This document shows, piece by piece, positions 18,218 to 27,868 of a DNA stretch of 64,000 nucleotides. Position numbers and translations under genes: made by a program. The DNA is from Candidatus Sulfomarinibacteraceae bacterium (GTDB taxonomy: Bacteria > Acidobacteriota > Thermoanaerobaculia > Thermoanaerobaculales > Sulfomarinibacteraceae). The stretch's first letter is position 1, and every line of letters begins with the position of its first letter. Under the pieces are notes generated by a model that worked only from the letters and a program-made list of their open reading frames with translations, was not told the origin of the DNA and did no database searches. Where the stretch lies: contig CAWCLO010000010.1 of the NCBI GenBank assembly GCA_963796455.1, positions 352,001 through 416,000 on the forward strand. The letters run 5' to 3'.

Positions 18218-19480
18218 GTGATCATCGACACGCCCCTCCGAGTCGCCGTGTGGCACAACCTCCCCAGCGGTGGGGGTCGCCGCGCCTTGCACGCCCACAT
18301 CAAGGGTCTGTTGGAACGCGGACATCAGGTCGAAATCTGGTGCCCCGAACGCCTCGATGATCATTTTCTTCCCCTCAGCGACCTCGCAGAAGAACACGTC
18401 GTACCGATACCGCCCAGCAAACGAAGAAGCGCGATTGGGGAGGCCGTCGAAGTCCTTCGAGGGGTGCGCTCAGATATGCTGGCGATGGACCTCCACTGTC
18501 GCCAATGCGCCGAGCAGATCGCTGCCGGAAACTTCGACGTTCTCTTCTCCAACACAAGCCGGGACTTTGCCGTGACCGCGATCGGCCGCTTCACCGACCT
18601 GCCCCGCGTGCTCTACCTCCAGGAACCACTCAGGGAGTTGTATGAGGCCTCTCCCGAGATTCCGTGGAGTACCCCGGCTGCGACAATCGTCCCGGATCAC
18701 ACATCGGAGCAGCGATCCGGTGTCCTCAGGCACATCTTGCGAATTCGCAAGCTCGGCATTCTCGTGCGCGAGGAACAGAACAACGCGCGGGCCTTCGACC
18801 GAATGCTCGTCAACTCGTTCTTCAGCAGAGAAAGCGTGGTCCGCGCATACGGCTTGGATGCCTCGGTCTGTTATTTGGGCGTCGACACCGAGAAATTCGT
18901 GAACCTCGACTTCAAGCGGGAACATCGGGTCATCGGCGTCGGAGCGGTCGTGCCGGCAAAGGCGATCGAAAAATCCATCGACGCCGTCGCCATGATTTCA
19001 GAGAAGCGACCGGTCCTCGACTGGATCGGCAACGCTTGCGATGCGGACTATCGGCATCGTCTCGAGCAGCGGGCTCGCGAAAAGGGTGTCGAATTCAAGT
19101 GTGCGATCGGTATTTCGGATGCCGAGTTGGTCGACCGCCTCAACCGAGCGTCCGTGATGATCTATACCCCGCGCCTCGAACCCTTCGGCTATACCCCTTT
19201 GGAGGCCGCCGCTTGCGAGATCCCGGTAGTCGGTGTCCGTGAAGGTGGGCTCCGTGAAACAGTTCTCGACGGGAAGACCGGGTTTCTCACCGAGAATGAT
19301 CCGCGCTCATTGGCAGCGGCCCTCGAGAACATACTCTCCGATCCCGATCTCGGTCGCAGCCTTGGCTCCAATGGGCGCCAATGGGTCCTGGAGAAGTGGA
19401 CCACAGAGCACATGATCGACCGTCTCGAGCAGCAACTCTTGACGACGATCCAACGATCAGGTCAGGAGCCCGATCGGTGA
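18218..19480 (+). CDS. Glycosyltransferase family 4
   Basis: 'EPFGYTPLEAAACEIPVV'. Confidence 0.9.
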   Translation: MIIDTPLRVAVWHNLPSGGGRRALHAHIKGLLERGHQVEIWCPERLDDHFLPLSDLAEEHVVPIPPSKRRSAIGEAVEVLRGVRSDMLAMDLHCRQCAEQIAAGNFDVLFSNTSRDFAVTAIGRFTDLPRVLYLQEPLRELYEASPEIPWSTPAATIVPDHTSEQRSGVLRHILRIRKLGILVREEQNNARAFDRMLVNSFFSRESVVRAYGLDASVCYLGVDTEKFVNLDFKREHRVIGVGAVVPAKAIEKSIDAVAMISEKRPVLDWIGNACDADYRHRLEQRAREKGVEFKCAIGISDAELVDRLNRASVMIYTPRLEPFGYTPLEAAACEIPVVGVREGGLRETVLDGKTGFLTENDPRSLAAALENILSDPDLGRSLGSNGRQWVLEKWTTEHMIDRLEQQLLTTIQRSGQEPDR

Positions 19481-20481
19481 GGAGATCAACCGAAAACGAC
19501 CCGCCCGGGCCACCCGATCCCTCCGCTGACAGCGATATTTCGGATGGGATCGAAATCGTCACCCGGTGCCCGTTATGCGGTTCATCGCGATTGCACGTGC
19601 TCTTCCGCGCATCCGACACCCTGCACGAGATGCCTGGCGAATGGGGCGTCCACCGATGCCGAGACTGCGGTCTGATGCTCACTTCGCCCCGGCCCGATCG
19701 AGCGACGATCGCGCGGTATTATCCATCGGACTACCAGCCGTTCGGAGCACCACACGCGCCGCCGGAGAGGCCGCGGAGATGGTCGGCCCTGAAAAAGTTG
19801 GGGCGGCGTTTACTCGACCCCAAGGAGCATGTACTGCCACCTGGAATCAACCCCGGCCGAGCTCTCGAGGTCGGCTGCGGGTCCGGTCGCTACCTGGCAC
19901 AGCTGGCGGCCTCCGGATGGCATGTCCACGGGCTCGAACCATCCGCCGAAACAGCCGACCATCTCCATGAGGCCACCGGTCTGCCCGTCACCGTCGGCTC
20001 GATCCAGGAGGCGTGCTTTGATCCCGGTAGTTTCGATCTGGTCGTCGCGGTGATGGTTCTCGAACACCTCCACGCCCCAATCGAGGACATCAACAGAATC
20101 CACGCCTGGCTGCGACCCGGTGGCTTTCTGGCAGGCTCGGTTCCAAATGGCGGGAGCTGGGAGTTCAGTTTTTTCGGACCCTCCTGGTATGCGCTCCAGG
20201 TTCCGACTCATTTGCATCATTTCACCCCAACCACCCTGACCATGCTCCTTGAAAAAGGCGGTTTCAAAAACATCAGAATCTCCCACCAACGCAACGTCAA
20301 CAACCTGATGATTCACCTCGGGAGATCTCTCGATCGACACCATATCCCCGGCGCGCAGACCTGCCTGGCTTTCCCGGAACGCGGACCGACGGCGCTGCGT
20401 TATGCCGTCAGACCCATCGCATCCATGCTCGCCTGGCTCCACCAGGCCGGGAGGATTTCGTTCACCGCCGAAAAAACGTGA
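19477..20481 (+). CDS. Class I SAM-dependent methyltransferase with N-terminal zinc ribbon
   Basis: CPLC...CRDC, 'LEVGCGSG', 'VLEHL', 'PTHLHHF'; GTG overlaps the upstream stop. Confidence 0.88.
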   Translation: MRRSTENDPPGPPDPSADSDISDGIEIVTRCPLCGSSRLHVLFRASDTLHEMPGEWGVHRCRDCGLMLTSPRPDRATIARYYPSDYQPFGAPHAPPERPRRWSALKKLGRRLLDPKEHVLPPGINPGRALEVGCGSGRYLAQLAASGWHVHGLEPSAETADHLHEATGLPVTVGSIQEACFDPGSFDLVVAVMVLEHLHAPIEDINRIHAWLRPGGFLAGSVPNGGSWEFSFFGPSWYALQVPTHLHHFTPTTLTMLLEKGGFKNIRISHQRNVNNLMIHLGRSLDRHHIPGAQTCLAFPERGPTALRYAVRPIASMLAWLHQAGRISFTAEKT

Positions 20482-20494
20482 CGTCGGAGGCACA

Positions 20495-21508
20495 TTGACT
20501 GCTTCAGAAATAACGATCTGCAGCGTCTTCCACGACGCTTTTACCCGAAGTTGCCTGATGATGAATGTTGCCGCAACCGCCCAACTCAACCATGGTCAGA
20601 ACATCCCCTGGGTGGTCACGGACAATTCGCCCGAGGGACTTCCGGAGCAGAGTCTTCCCGACCACGTCACCCGTGTGGCCGGAAAAACCCCGGACCCTTC
20701 GATCCCCGCATCGGTGCGCGGCAGCTACCATCACGGGACGGCCATCAATCAGAGCATCGAACCGGTGACCACACGATGGGCGCTCATCCTGGACGTCGAT
20801 TTCTTCGTGATCCGGGACGGGTGGGTAACTCAGATCACCAGCCACACTGAGAACGCCGGAATCGCATTCTTCGGCACACCCTGGCATCCGAGATGGTTCA
20901 ACAAATTTCGCGGCTTTCCCTGCGTCCACTGCCTTCTCATCGATCTCGAGCGGGTCGACATCAATGACCTCGACTTCCGCCCCGATCTCATGGATCAACT
21001 CGCCGTTTCAGATGGCAATTCATCGACCGGGCCGGCCTCCGACCAGGGTTCGCGGGTGTCGACCATCGCCACAAACCTGACGGAGTTGCTCCTCCTGAGG
21101 GATCGGCGCGTCATCGGATCTTCACACGATACGGGGTATCGGCTATATGAGCGATTTGCCGGAGACCCCGTATTGAGGACCGAGTGTCTGCAACCGGTCT
21201 ATCGACCCGATCAGCAATTTGAAGGCCCGCGACATGCGCGCGGGAGTTTCAACCGCTGGGTGGAACGATTGCTGCCCGAGCGCCTGTGTTATTTCCCGAA
21301 ACGGGCCGATGCCTCGAGTATCAAAGGCTTCCAGGACTTCGGAGCCTACGACGCGATCGGACACGGTTGGGAGGAATTTTTGTGGCAGGATCGGCCCTTT
21401 GGATTTCATTTCCGCGGCTACCAAAATCGAGAGGACGATTCCCAGGCCCTTTTGGATCTGCACCGGGCCCTCGCGACCTTCGACTGTTCTGTGGATCAAT
21501 CGAGCTGA
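20495..21508 (+). CDS. Hypothetical protein, possible GT-A-fold glycosyltransferase
   Basis: SD GGAGG + TTG start; 'VVTDNS' and 'LILDVDFF' DxD-like motif. Confidence 0.55.
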   Translation: MTASEITICSVFHDAFTRSCLMMNVAATAQLNHGQNIPWVVTDNSPEGLPEQSLPDHVTRVAGKTPDPSIPASVRGSYHHGTAINQSIEPVTTRWALILDVDFFVIRDGWVTQITSHTENAGIAFFGTPWHPRWFNKFRGFPCVHCLLIDLERVDINDLDFRPDLMDQLAVSDGNSSTGPASDQGSRVSTIATNLTELLLLRDRRVIGSSHDTGYRLYERFAGDPVLRTECLQPVYRPDQQFEGPRHARGSFNRWVERLLPERLCYFPKRADASSIKGFQDFGAYDAIGHGWEEFLWQDRPFGFHFRGYQNREDDSQALLDLHRALATFDCSVDQSS

Positions 21509-21529
21509 GACACCCGGTGGGAATTCCGG

Positions 21530-22393
21530 CTAGATCCTGGCTTCGAGGAAACGGTGGAGGCCGTCCCTCCAGTGCGGCATGACGTTGATCCCGATTTCCT
21601 TCAGACGGCCGTTTTCGAGCACCGAATAACCCGGTCGTGGAACCTTTGCCGGAAACTCATCGGGGCCAGCCTCATGCAGACACACCGTGCTGCCGTTGAA
21701 GCGAAAGATCTCTGCCGCAAAATCATGCCAGGAACACTCGCCCTCGGCCGTCGCATGGTAGAGACCCGGCGGCAGGTCATGCTCCAATAATGTGGCAATC
21801 TGTCGCGCGACGTCCTCGGTGTTGGTCGGGGTGAGAATCTCGTCGGTGACGACTCGCACCTCGTCGCGCTCGGCAGCCAACTTCAACATTAAATCGACAA
21901 AACTCATACCCTTGGCGCGACAGGGGTTTCGGCCATAGAGTCCCGATGTCCGAAGAACTATATTGCGGTCACCGGTGCAGAGAACGAAGTGTTCTCCGGC
22001 AAGTTTGCTGGTGCCATACACATTGAGCGGCCACGGCAGATCTGATTCGAGATAGGGCTTCTTCTTGGCGCCATCGAAGACATAATCGGTACTGATGTGG
22101 AGCAACCTCGACCCATTGTCGAGACACTCGGCGGCGAGATTCCTCGGACCCAGACTGTTGGCCGCAAATGCACCGGTCGGGTCTTCTTCGCACTGCTCGA
22201 CGTTGTGCATCGCAGCAGTGTTGATCACAACATCGATCTGGAGTCCGGCGAGAACTGCGCGTACCGTCTCCCGACGGCTGACATCAAAGGTCTCGTCGTG
22301 ATTGATCTCCGTCAGGGAATGACCTGCGGACTTCAAGGTCACGCACAGGTCGCAACCCAACTGACCATTGGCGCCGATGACCGCGATCTTCAC
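21530..22393 (-). CDS. rfbD: dTDP-4-dehydrorhamnose reductase
   Basis: 'GANGQLG', 'HISTDYVFDG', 'YGTSKLAGE', 'RPGYSVL'. Confidence 0.93.
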   Translation of the reverse strand: MKIAVIGANGQLGCDLCVTLKSAGHSLTEINHDETFDVSRRETVRAVLAGLQIDVVINTAAMHNVEQCEEDPTGAFAANSLGPRNLAAECLDNGSRLLHISTDYVFDGAKKKPYLESDLPWPLNVYGTSKLAGEHFVLCTGDRNIVLRTSGLYGRNPCRAKGMSFVDLMLKLAAERDEVRVVTDEILTPTNTEDVARQIATLLEHDLPPGLYHATAEGECSWHDFAAEIFRFNGSTVCLHEAGPDEFPAKVPRPGYSVLENGRLKEIGINVMPHWRDGLHRFLEARI

Positions 22394-23364
22394 GCCTTTG
22401 ACGCCCCTTTCGGTCGAAGGCGCTTGTAGGTCTCGATGTTGTAGTAGAGCGGATTGTCATAGTCTTCAAAATCCCGACGTCGTTCCACCAACTCTTCAAC
22501 GATCGCGACCACGTCCTGGGACGGATGGAAGCTCAGCACCGTCCGCGCACGGGCGGTCTCAACCTTGTAGTTGCGAAAGTCTTCGAGGTGTTTGATCTCG
22601 AGATCGACATCGAGTTCGAGATGCTTTTTCAGACCCGCACGAACCAGGTCGCCGATCTCCCCAACCGTATAGTTACCGGAGGCGATATTGAAAATTCCCG
22701 AGATCGCCTGGTTGGCCTCGATCGCACGCACATAACCCGTCACCGCGTCACGGATTCCCAGGATCGGACGCCAGATCGCCGGATTGTTGATCGTGATCCG
22801 GCCTTCGGTCATCGCACATTTGAACATCGTGTTGATGGCGAGATCCAAGCGCATTCTGGGACTGTAGCCACAGACAGTGCCCTGTCGGAGAGCGATCACC
22901 GAAAAATTCTCATCCTGCATCTGCAGCACTGCCTGCTCACCCTGCAATTTCGAGATCCCATAGGGGTAGTTGGAGACAGCCGGAGACTCTTCATCATAGA
23001 GTTCATTGACCGTGTAGCCATATACCGAGCACGACCCGGCGTAAACGAATCGCCGCACACCGGCCCGTTTTGCCATGTACCCGAGGTAGGCCGGCGCCGC
23101 CGCATTGGAGATAAAATTCTCGGCCGGCGAATACTCCGCCATCGGGTCGTTGGACAGACCCGCGAGAAACACGATCTGTTCGTAGCCTGCGATATCGTCC
23201 TCGGTCAGATCGAAGATGTCTTTTTCGACGATCGTAACCTCATCCGGCAAGTTGTTGCCAAACCAAAAGAGATCGAGCACACCGACTTCGTATCCGCGAT
23301 CAAGGAGTCTGGGGACGAGCGCACTTCCGATATAGCCGGCGCCACCTGCAATCAGTACCTTCAT
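22390..23364 (-). CDS. NAD-dependent nucleotide-sugar epimerase/dehydratase
   Basis: 'GGAGYIG', 'SCSVYG', YxxxK 'YGISK'. Confidence 0.9.
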   Translation of the reverse strand: MKVLIAGGAGYIGSALVPRLLDRGYEVGVLDLFWFGNNLPDEVTIVEKDIFDLTEDDIAGYEQIVFLAGLSNDPMAEYSPAENFISNAAAPAYLGYMAKRAGVRRFVYAGSCSVYGYTVNELYDEESPAVSNYPYGISKLQGEQAVLQMQDENFSVIALRQGTVCGYSPRMRLDLAINTMFKCAMTEGRITINNPAIWRPILGIRDAVTGYVRAIEANQAISGIFNIASGNYTVGEIGDLVRAGLKKHLELDVDLEIKHLEDFRNYKVETARARTVLSFHPSQDVVAIVEELVERRRDFEDYDNPLYYNIETYKRLRPKGASKA

Positions 23365-23433
23365 CGACGTCGCGCCTCCTTTCGGCCCCTCATGTGGCTG
23401 AGGCGCCTTCAACGAACTCGCCTCGCGACGGGC

Positions 23434-24003
23434 TCATTCATAGCTGAAATATTCCGACTCGGGTCGCGAAAGCCACTCGTCGAGAGTCTGTGCGGTGGCG
23501 TCTTTGGCGGACAGAATCGGGGGATCCTCCGGCCAGTCGATACCGATCGCCGGATCATTCCACAAGATCCCGGACTCGGCCTTCGAACTGTATATTCCGG
23601 TGCATTTGTATTGAATCTCGGCATAGTCCGAAAGCACGCAGAATCCACGTGCGAATCCGGCAGGGGCCCAAACCTGGAGCCGGTTCTCCGCCGAAACCTC
23701 GAGCGAGAAATATTCGACCCAGGGTCGGGATCCAGGGCGAATATCGACCGCCACCAGAAATGCAGAACCCCGCGTCACGCGCATCAGTTTTCCCATCGGC
23801 GGATCCCACTGAAAGTGGAGGCCGCGGAGCACCCCACGGACCGAACCGGAGTGGTTGTCCTGAACAAAGCGACCCGGCAAACCAACGGCAGCGAATTGAT
23901 CCTCTCGAAAAACCTCGAGAAAAAATCCACGCTCGTCGCTGTAAACCTCGGGTTCGAGCACCACCACACCATCAAGATGTCGGGACCGGACCTCGACACG
24001 CAT
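23434..24003 (-). CDS. rfbC: dTDP-4-dehydrorhamnose 3,5-epimerase
   Basis: 'DERGFF', 'QDNHS', 'GVLRGLHFQ', 'WNDPAIGIDWP'. Confidence 0.95.
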   Translation of the reverse strand: MRVEVRSRHLDGVVVLEPEVYSDERGFFLEVFREDQFAAVGLPGRFVQDNHSGSVRGVLRGLHFQWDPPMGKLMRVTRGSAFLVAVDIRPGSRPWVEYFSLEVSAENRLQVWAPAGFARGFCVLSDYAEIQYKCTGIYSSKAESGILWNDPAIGIDWPEDPPILSAKDATAQTLDEWLSRPESEYFSYE

Positions 24004-24466
24004 CGGTCGGCCTCCTTGACCCGGCCACCGGCCGACCGCTGAGGATCGCGCGGAAGCCCACGCCTCTTACTAGGATATACTGTCGTTGGGGTTGGTCGGA
24101 ACCGGCCCGTCGGCCTTGGGTCGCGCTTTGCGGGTTCAGAACGGCCGCCGCCACCCGCTCCACCCACACCATCGTCGATAGGAGGATCAGGTTCGTGGAC
24201 GACCTGTCTGCCCACGCTCGCGCAACCCGTCAGCCCCACCGAAGAACCCGAAGAGAGAGGCTGAGTCATGCCCGGCAACGACCTCGAAGGAGGCCCTCTG
24301 GTACTCGATTTTTGCTCCTCCACTGGCGCGGGTCCTCTACATTTTTCGCCTGATCTGGATCTTTGGTCCGGTGGTCGCGATTCGCCTCGTGACGAGATAC
24401 TTCAGCTGCGCCCTCAGGGGGTCCTTCTACACCGTACGACTGAAGAAGGCGGTGGAGGAACTGGCC

Positions 24467-25570
24467 ATGCCCGGACAGACGGTTCCCGGCTCGTCGCTCC
24501 AGCCGCATCATCTCTATCACGACCTCATCATCCCCGACCGATTCGGTTTCGACTCGCACCGCAAACGGAGCCTTCAGCGGGCCCAATGTCTGTCGAGAAT
24601 GGTCGATTTTCGGGACCGGCGAGTCCTTGATATCGGCTGCTCGGTTGGCTCCATGACCCTGGCCGCGGGTCTGTTCGGAGCGTCCCGCGCCATCGGTATC
24701 GACCACGATCTCCGCTCCGTCCGGGTGGCCCGGGCCCAACGCGACAAATACCGAATTCACAACGTCGATTTCCGCCACCGGGCCATCGGCCCCGACAACC
24801 TCGATCTTCCCGAGTCGGATCTCCTGATCTGGTTGTCGAACTGGATGTGGATGGTCAAGGTTTCGGGCCTCGACGCCGGTCTCGCCCTCCTCTTCGACAT
24901 CCCGAAGACGACCCGGGTGTCGGCCATGGTCTTCGAGAGCGCGGCCGACGACGGCAAGGCCGCCATCGCGGGGACGACGCAATCCGACATCGAAGACTTT
25001 CTCGTCAACAACTCTCCGTTCACCCGCATCGTCAACACCGGTCCCTTCCAGGATGGCTGGCGTAAGCCCGGTCTCGAACGCATGGTCTTCGTGTGTACCG
25101 AGCCGTGGTACGAGATTCGCAGCAAGAGCGCCACCGTCGAGCGCATGAGCCCGACCACAGTCCGAAAAACCTATCGGCCCCTTTCCCTCAGCGCCATGCG
25201 AATCGAAATCGACTGTCTTCGTCGCCTCGAGGATCTGCCCTACTTTCCGTCGCTTCTCGAGCACGGGGATGACTGGATAGAAATGTCCTACGGAGGCGAA
25301 GCGGTCGGCGAGACCTCCCACCTGGCCGAGTTGCTCGATGCGGTGGAGGCGATGAACTCGCGCGGAATCCAACACCGCGATATCTGCCCGGAGAACCTCC
25401 TTTACGGCCGCGGTGGGCTGAAGGTGATCGACTTCGAGTGGGCGGTCATTGATGGTCGAAAGCCGGAACTGGAGCCCATGGAGGGACTTGGCCGAGGATT
25501 TTACGATCCATCGGACACGGACGACCGGCAAGCCGCACGACGTGTTCTCGAGCACTTCCAGAGTCAGTGA
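24467..25570 (+). CDS. SAM-methyltransferase / kinase-like fusion (WbdD-like); start uncertain
   Basis: 'VLDIGCSVG' MTase motif I followed by kinase-like 'HRDICPENLL' and 'KVIDFE'. Frame is open upstream to ~24182. Confidence 0.75.
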   Translation: MPGQTVPGSSLQPHHLYHDLIIPDRFGFDSHRKRSLQRAQCLSRMVDFRDRRVLDIGCSVGSMTLAAGLFGASRAIGIDHDLRSVRVARAQRDKYRIHNVDFRHRAIGPDNLDLPESDLLIWLSNWMWMVKVSGLDAGLALLFDIPKTTRVSAMVFESAADDGKAAIAGTTQSDIEDFLVNNSPFTRIVNTGPFQDGWRKPGLERMVFVCTEPWYEIRSKSATVERMSPTTVRKTYRPLSLSAMRIEIDCLRRLEDLPYFPSLLEHGDDWIEMSYGGEAVGETSHLAELLDAVEAMNSRGIQHRDICPENLLYGRGGLKVIDFEWAVIDGRKPELEPMEGLGRGFYDPSDTDDRQAARRVLEHFQSQ

Positions 25571-25600
25571 TCGCCCAACCGAACCCGGTCGCCTCGAAAA

Positions 25601-26902
25601 TCACCCGGACGACGGATCGTGGCGGCCGGTCCAACTCAAAAGCGGGCGCATGACGCCCGCGAAGGGCCGCATCACATCCCCCCTCACCGCGGCTCCATCT
25701 TCGACCGAGAAAGCCAGCGCCTCGAACTCGCGGAAGTGCAGACGGGACGGCGAGTGGAGGGTCTTCGCCTGGACGGTGACCCGGTGCAGACCGGGAGCGA
25801 GGAGATTGGCCGGCACCGTGCACACGGACCGGAAGCTGCCTTTGGGACGAGTTTTCCCGTGCCACTCGGAATCCACGATGTCATGGGAGGAGAAAAGCAT
25901 GATGCCATCCTCATTGACAAAGGTCAGACCGATGTTGAAGGCGACTTCACCACTCAACGTTTCAAACTCGACTTGGATCTGAAACTCGCGATCGGACATG
26001 ACCACATCACCGGTTTGCCCGTCATCCGCGAGAAGCGACACCCGTCGCAACCTGACGACATCATTTCCAGGCGCCGAGGTGAGCAGCTTCCACTCTCGCA
26101 CGCCGCAGGTTTGGGTCTCCGTTCCGAGGTAACGTCTCACCACCTCGGCGGCCGGGCCGTCCGCTGCCAGACGCCCGTCCTCGATCATCAGCACCCTCGA
26201 ACACAGTTGTTGGATCGCGATCATGTTGTGGGAAACGAAAACGACCGTCCGGCCCCGACCACCGATATCGCGCATCTTGGACAGGCACTTCTTTTGAAAA
26301 GCCGCATCACCGACTGCCAGAACCTCGTCGATCAGCAACACATCCGGTTGCAGGTGGGCGGCAACCGCAAAGGCCAAGCGAAGATACATCCCACTGGAGT
26401 AGCGCTTGACCGGAGTGTCGATGAATTTTTCGATTTCTGCGAAGGCAACAATGTCGTCGAATGAACGTACGACATCGGATCGGGACATCCCGAGAATCGC
26501 TCCGTTGAGATAGATGTTCTCGCGTCCGGTGAGTTCGGGATGGAAACCGGTGCCAACCTCGAGCAGGGATCCGACGCGGCCGCGGATGTAGACATCGCCT
26601 TCCGTCGGGTAGGTAATCCTCGACAACAATTTGAGAAGGGTAGACTTGCCGGCTCCATTGCGTCCGACAATGCCGACAACCTCTCCGGTCTCAACGGTGA
26701 ATGAGACTTCCTGCAACGCCCAGAAGAGTTCTTGATCGTGATCCGCCCGGGATTGTTTTCCACCAATGAGGCGGGCCACATTGCGGCCTGCGCCGCGCGC
26801 CCAACCAACGATCGCATCACGAATCGTTGGAAACCGTTCGACGCGCTTGCCCAGTCGGTACTGTTTGCCAAGCCCTTCAACACGAATGGATTCCTGAACC
26901 AT
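25601..26902 (-). CDS. wzt: Polysaccharide ABC exporter ATPase with C-terminal carbohydrate-binding domain
   Basis: 'GRNGAGKST', 'YSSGMYLRLAF', 'IDEVLAVGD', ~160-aa C-terminal extension. Confidence 0.93.
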   Translation of the reverse strand: MVQESIRVEGLGKQYRLGKRVERFPTIRDAIVGWARGAGRNVARLIGGKQSRADHDQELFWALQEVSFTVETGEVVGIVGRNGAGKSTLLKLLSRITYPTEGDVYIRGRVGSLLEVGTGFHPELTGRENIYLNGAILGMSRSDVVRSFDDIVAFAEIEKFIDTPVKRYSSGMYLRLAFAVAAHLQPDVLLIDEVLAVGDAAFQKKCLSKMRDIGGRGRTVVFVSHNMIAIQQLCSRVLMIEDGRLAADGPAAEVVRRYLGTETQTCGVREWKLLTSAPGNDVVRLRRVSLLADDGQTGDVVMSDREFQIQVEFETLSGEVAFNIGLTFVNEDGIMLFSSHDIVDSEWHGKTRPKGSFRSVCTVPANLLAPGLHRVTVQAKTLHSPSRLHFREFEALAFSVEDGAAVRGDVMRPFAGVMRPLLSWTGRHDPSSG

Positions 26903-26905
26903 GGC

Positions 26906-27733
26906 CTAGACGATATCCGCGAAGGATCGTTCCATACGTTGGAAAAAGAAAACCCCGCCGACCAGAACCACCAGCGCCACCGCCGCAGAGACCCAGATTT
27001 CGGGGCCGATTCGGTGTTCACCGCCAAGTAGACACCACCTGAAACCATCGATGACTCCGGCCATCGGATTGAGCCCGTAGATCATTCGCCAGCGATCATC
27101 CAACAGGCTCGCGGGGTAGGCCACAGGGGAAGCAAACAACCAGATCTGGGTCAGGAAGGGCACCGCATGACGAACATCCCGATAGCGGACGTTCAAGGCC
27201 GACAACCACAGACCGACACCAAAAGTCACCACAAAGGCCAGACCCAGAAAGCCCAGAGACAGAAAAGCCCGAGCGGTGATCGCCACGCCGTAAAACCACA
27301 TCATGCCGACCAACACGACGCTGGCGATCAGGAAATCGAAAAGACCCGCAAGCACGCTCGCCAACGGAATCACCACCCTCGGAAAATAGACCTTCGACAC
27401 GAGATTGGCGCTGGCGACGACGCTGCCCGAAGATTGCACCAGACCGTTTGAAAAAAACGTCCACGGCAGCAGGGCGGCAAAGGTGAAGATCGGATAGGGA
27501 AGTCCGTCGGATGGAACCCCTACCAGGCGGCCGAGGAATATGCTGAAGACGACCATCGTGAGCACCGGCTGAATGATGGCCCAAAGGGCCCCGATCGCGG
27601 TCTGTTTGTAGCGCACCTTGACGTCTCGCCACACCAGAAAAAAGAGGAGCTCGCGGAAGGACCACAGCTCCGCGGTGTCGATCGGGATCCATCCTTTCGG
27701 AGCTTGGATGTGGGTGATTTCCGGAGTGCTCAC
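26906..27733 (-). CDS. wzm: Polysaccharide ABC exporter permease
   Basis: 'RDVKVRYKQTAIG', 'KVYFPR', 'RYRDV', 'LNPM'. Confidence 0.93.
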   Translation of the reverse strand: MSTPEITHIQAPKGWIPIDTAELWSFRELLFFLVWRDVKVRYKQTAIGALWAIIQPVLTMVVFSIFLGRLVGVPSDGLPYPIFTFAALLPWTFFSNGLVQSSGSVVASANLVSKVYFPRVVIPLASVLAGLFDFLIASVVLVGMMWFYGVAITARAFLSLGFLGLAFVVTFGVGLWLSALNVRYRDVRHAVPFLTQIWLFASPVAYPASLLDDRWRMIYGLNPMAGVIDGFRWCLLGGEHRIGPEIWVSAAVALVVLVGGVFFFQRMERSFADIV

Positions 27734-27868
27734 GTAATCCAGTGTGCCACATCAACCAGCTGCAGTGACGTTATCGCCGGCCGGGACGCCTTCAGATTCT
27801 CCGCACAACGGATTCTTTCCGCAGCGAGAAACAGACGGCTGATATCCTTGAATGATGGAGGCCCTGCC

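Noticed and set aside
22525..24042. Long antisense or alternate-frame ORFs (e.g. 22525..24042+, 56006..57514-, 51701..53104+, 24266..25555-)
   Set aside because: Shadows of well-supported genes in GC-rich DNA, with no recognisable motifs.
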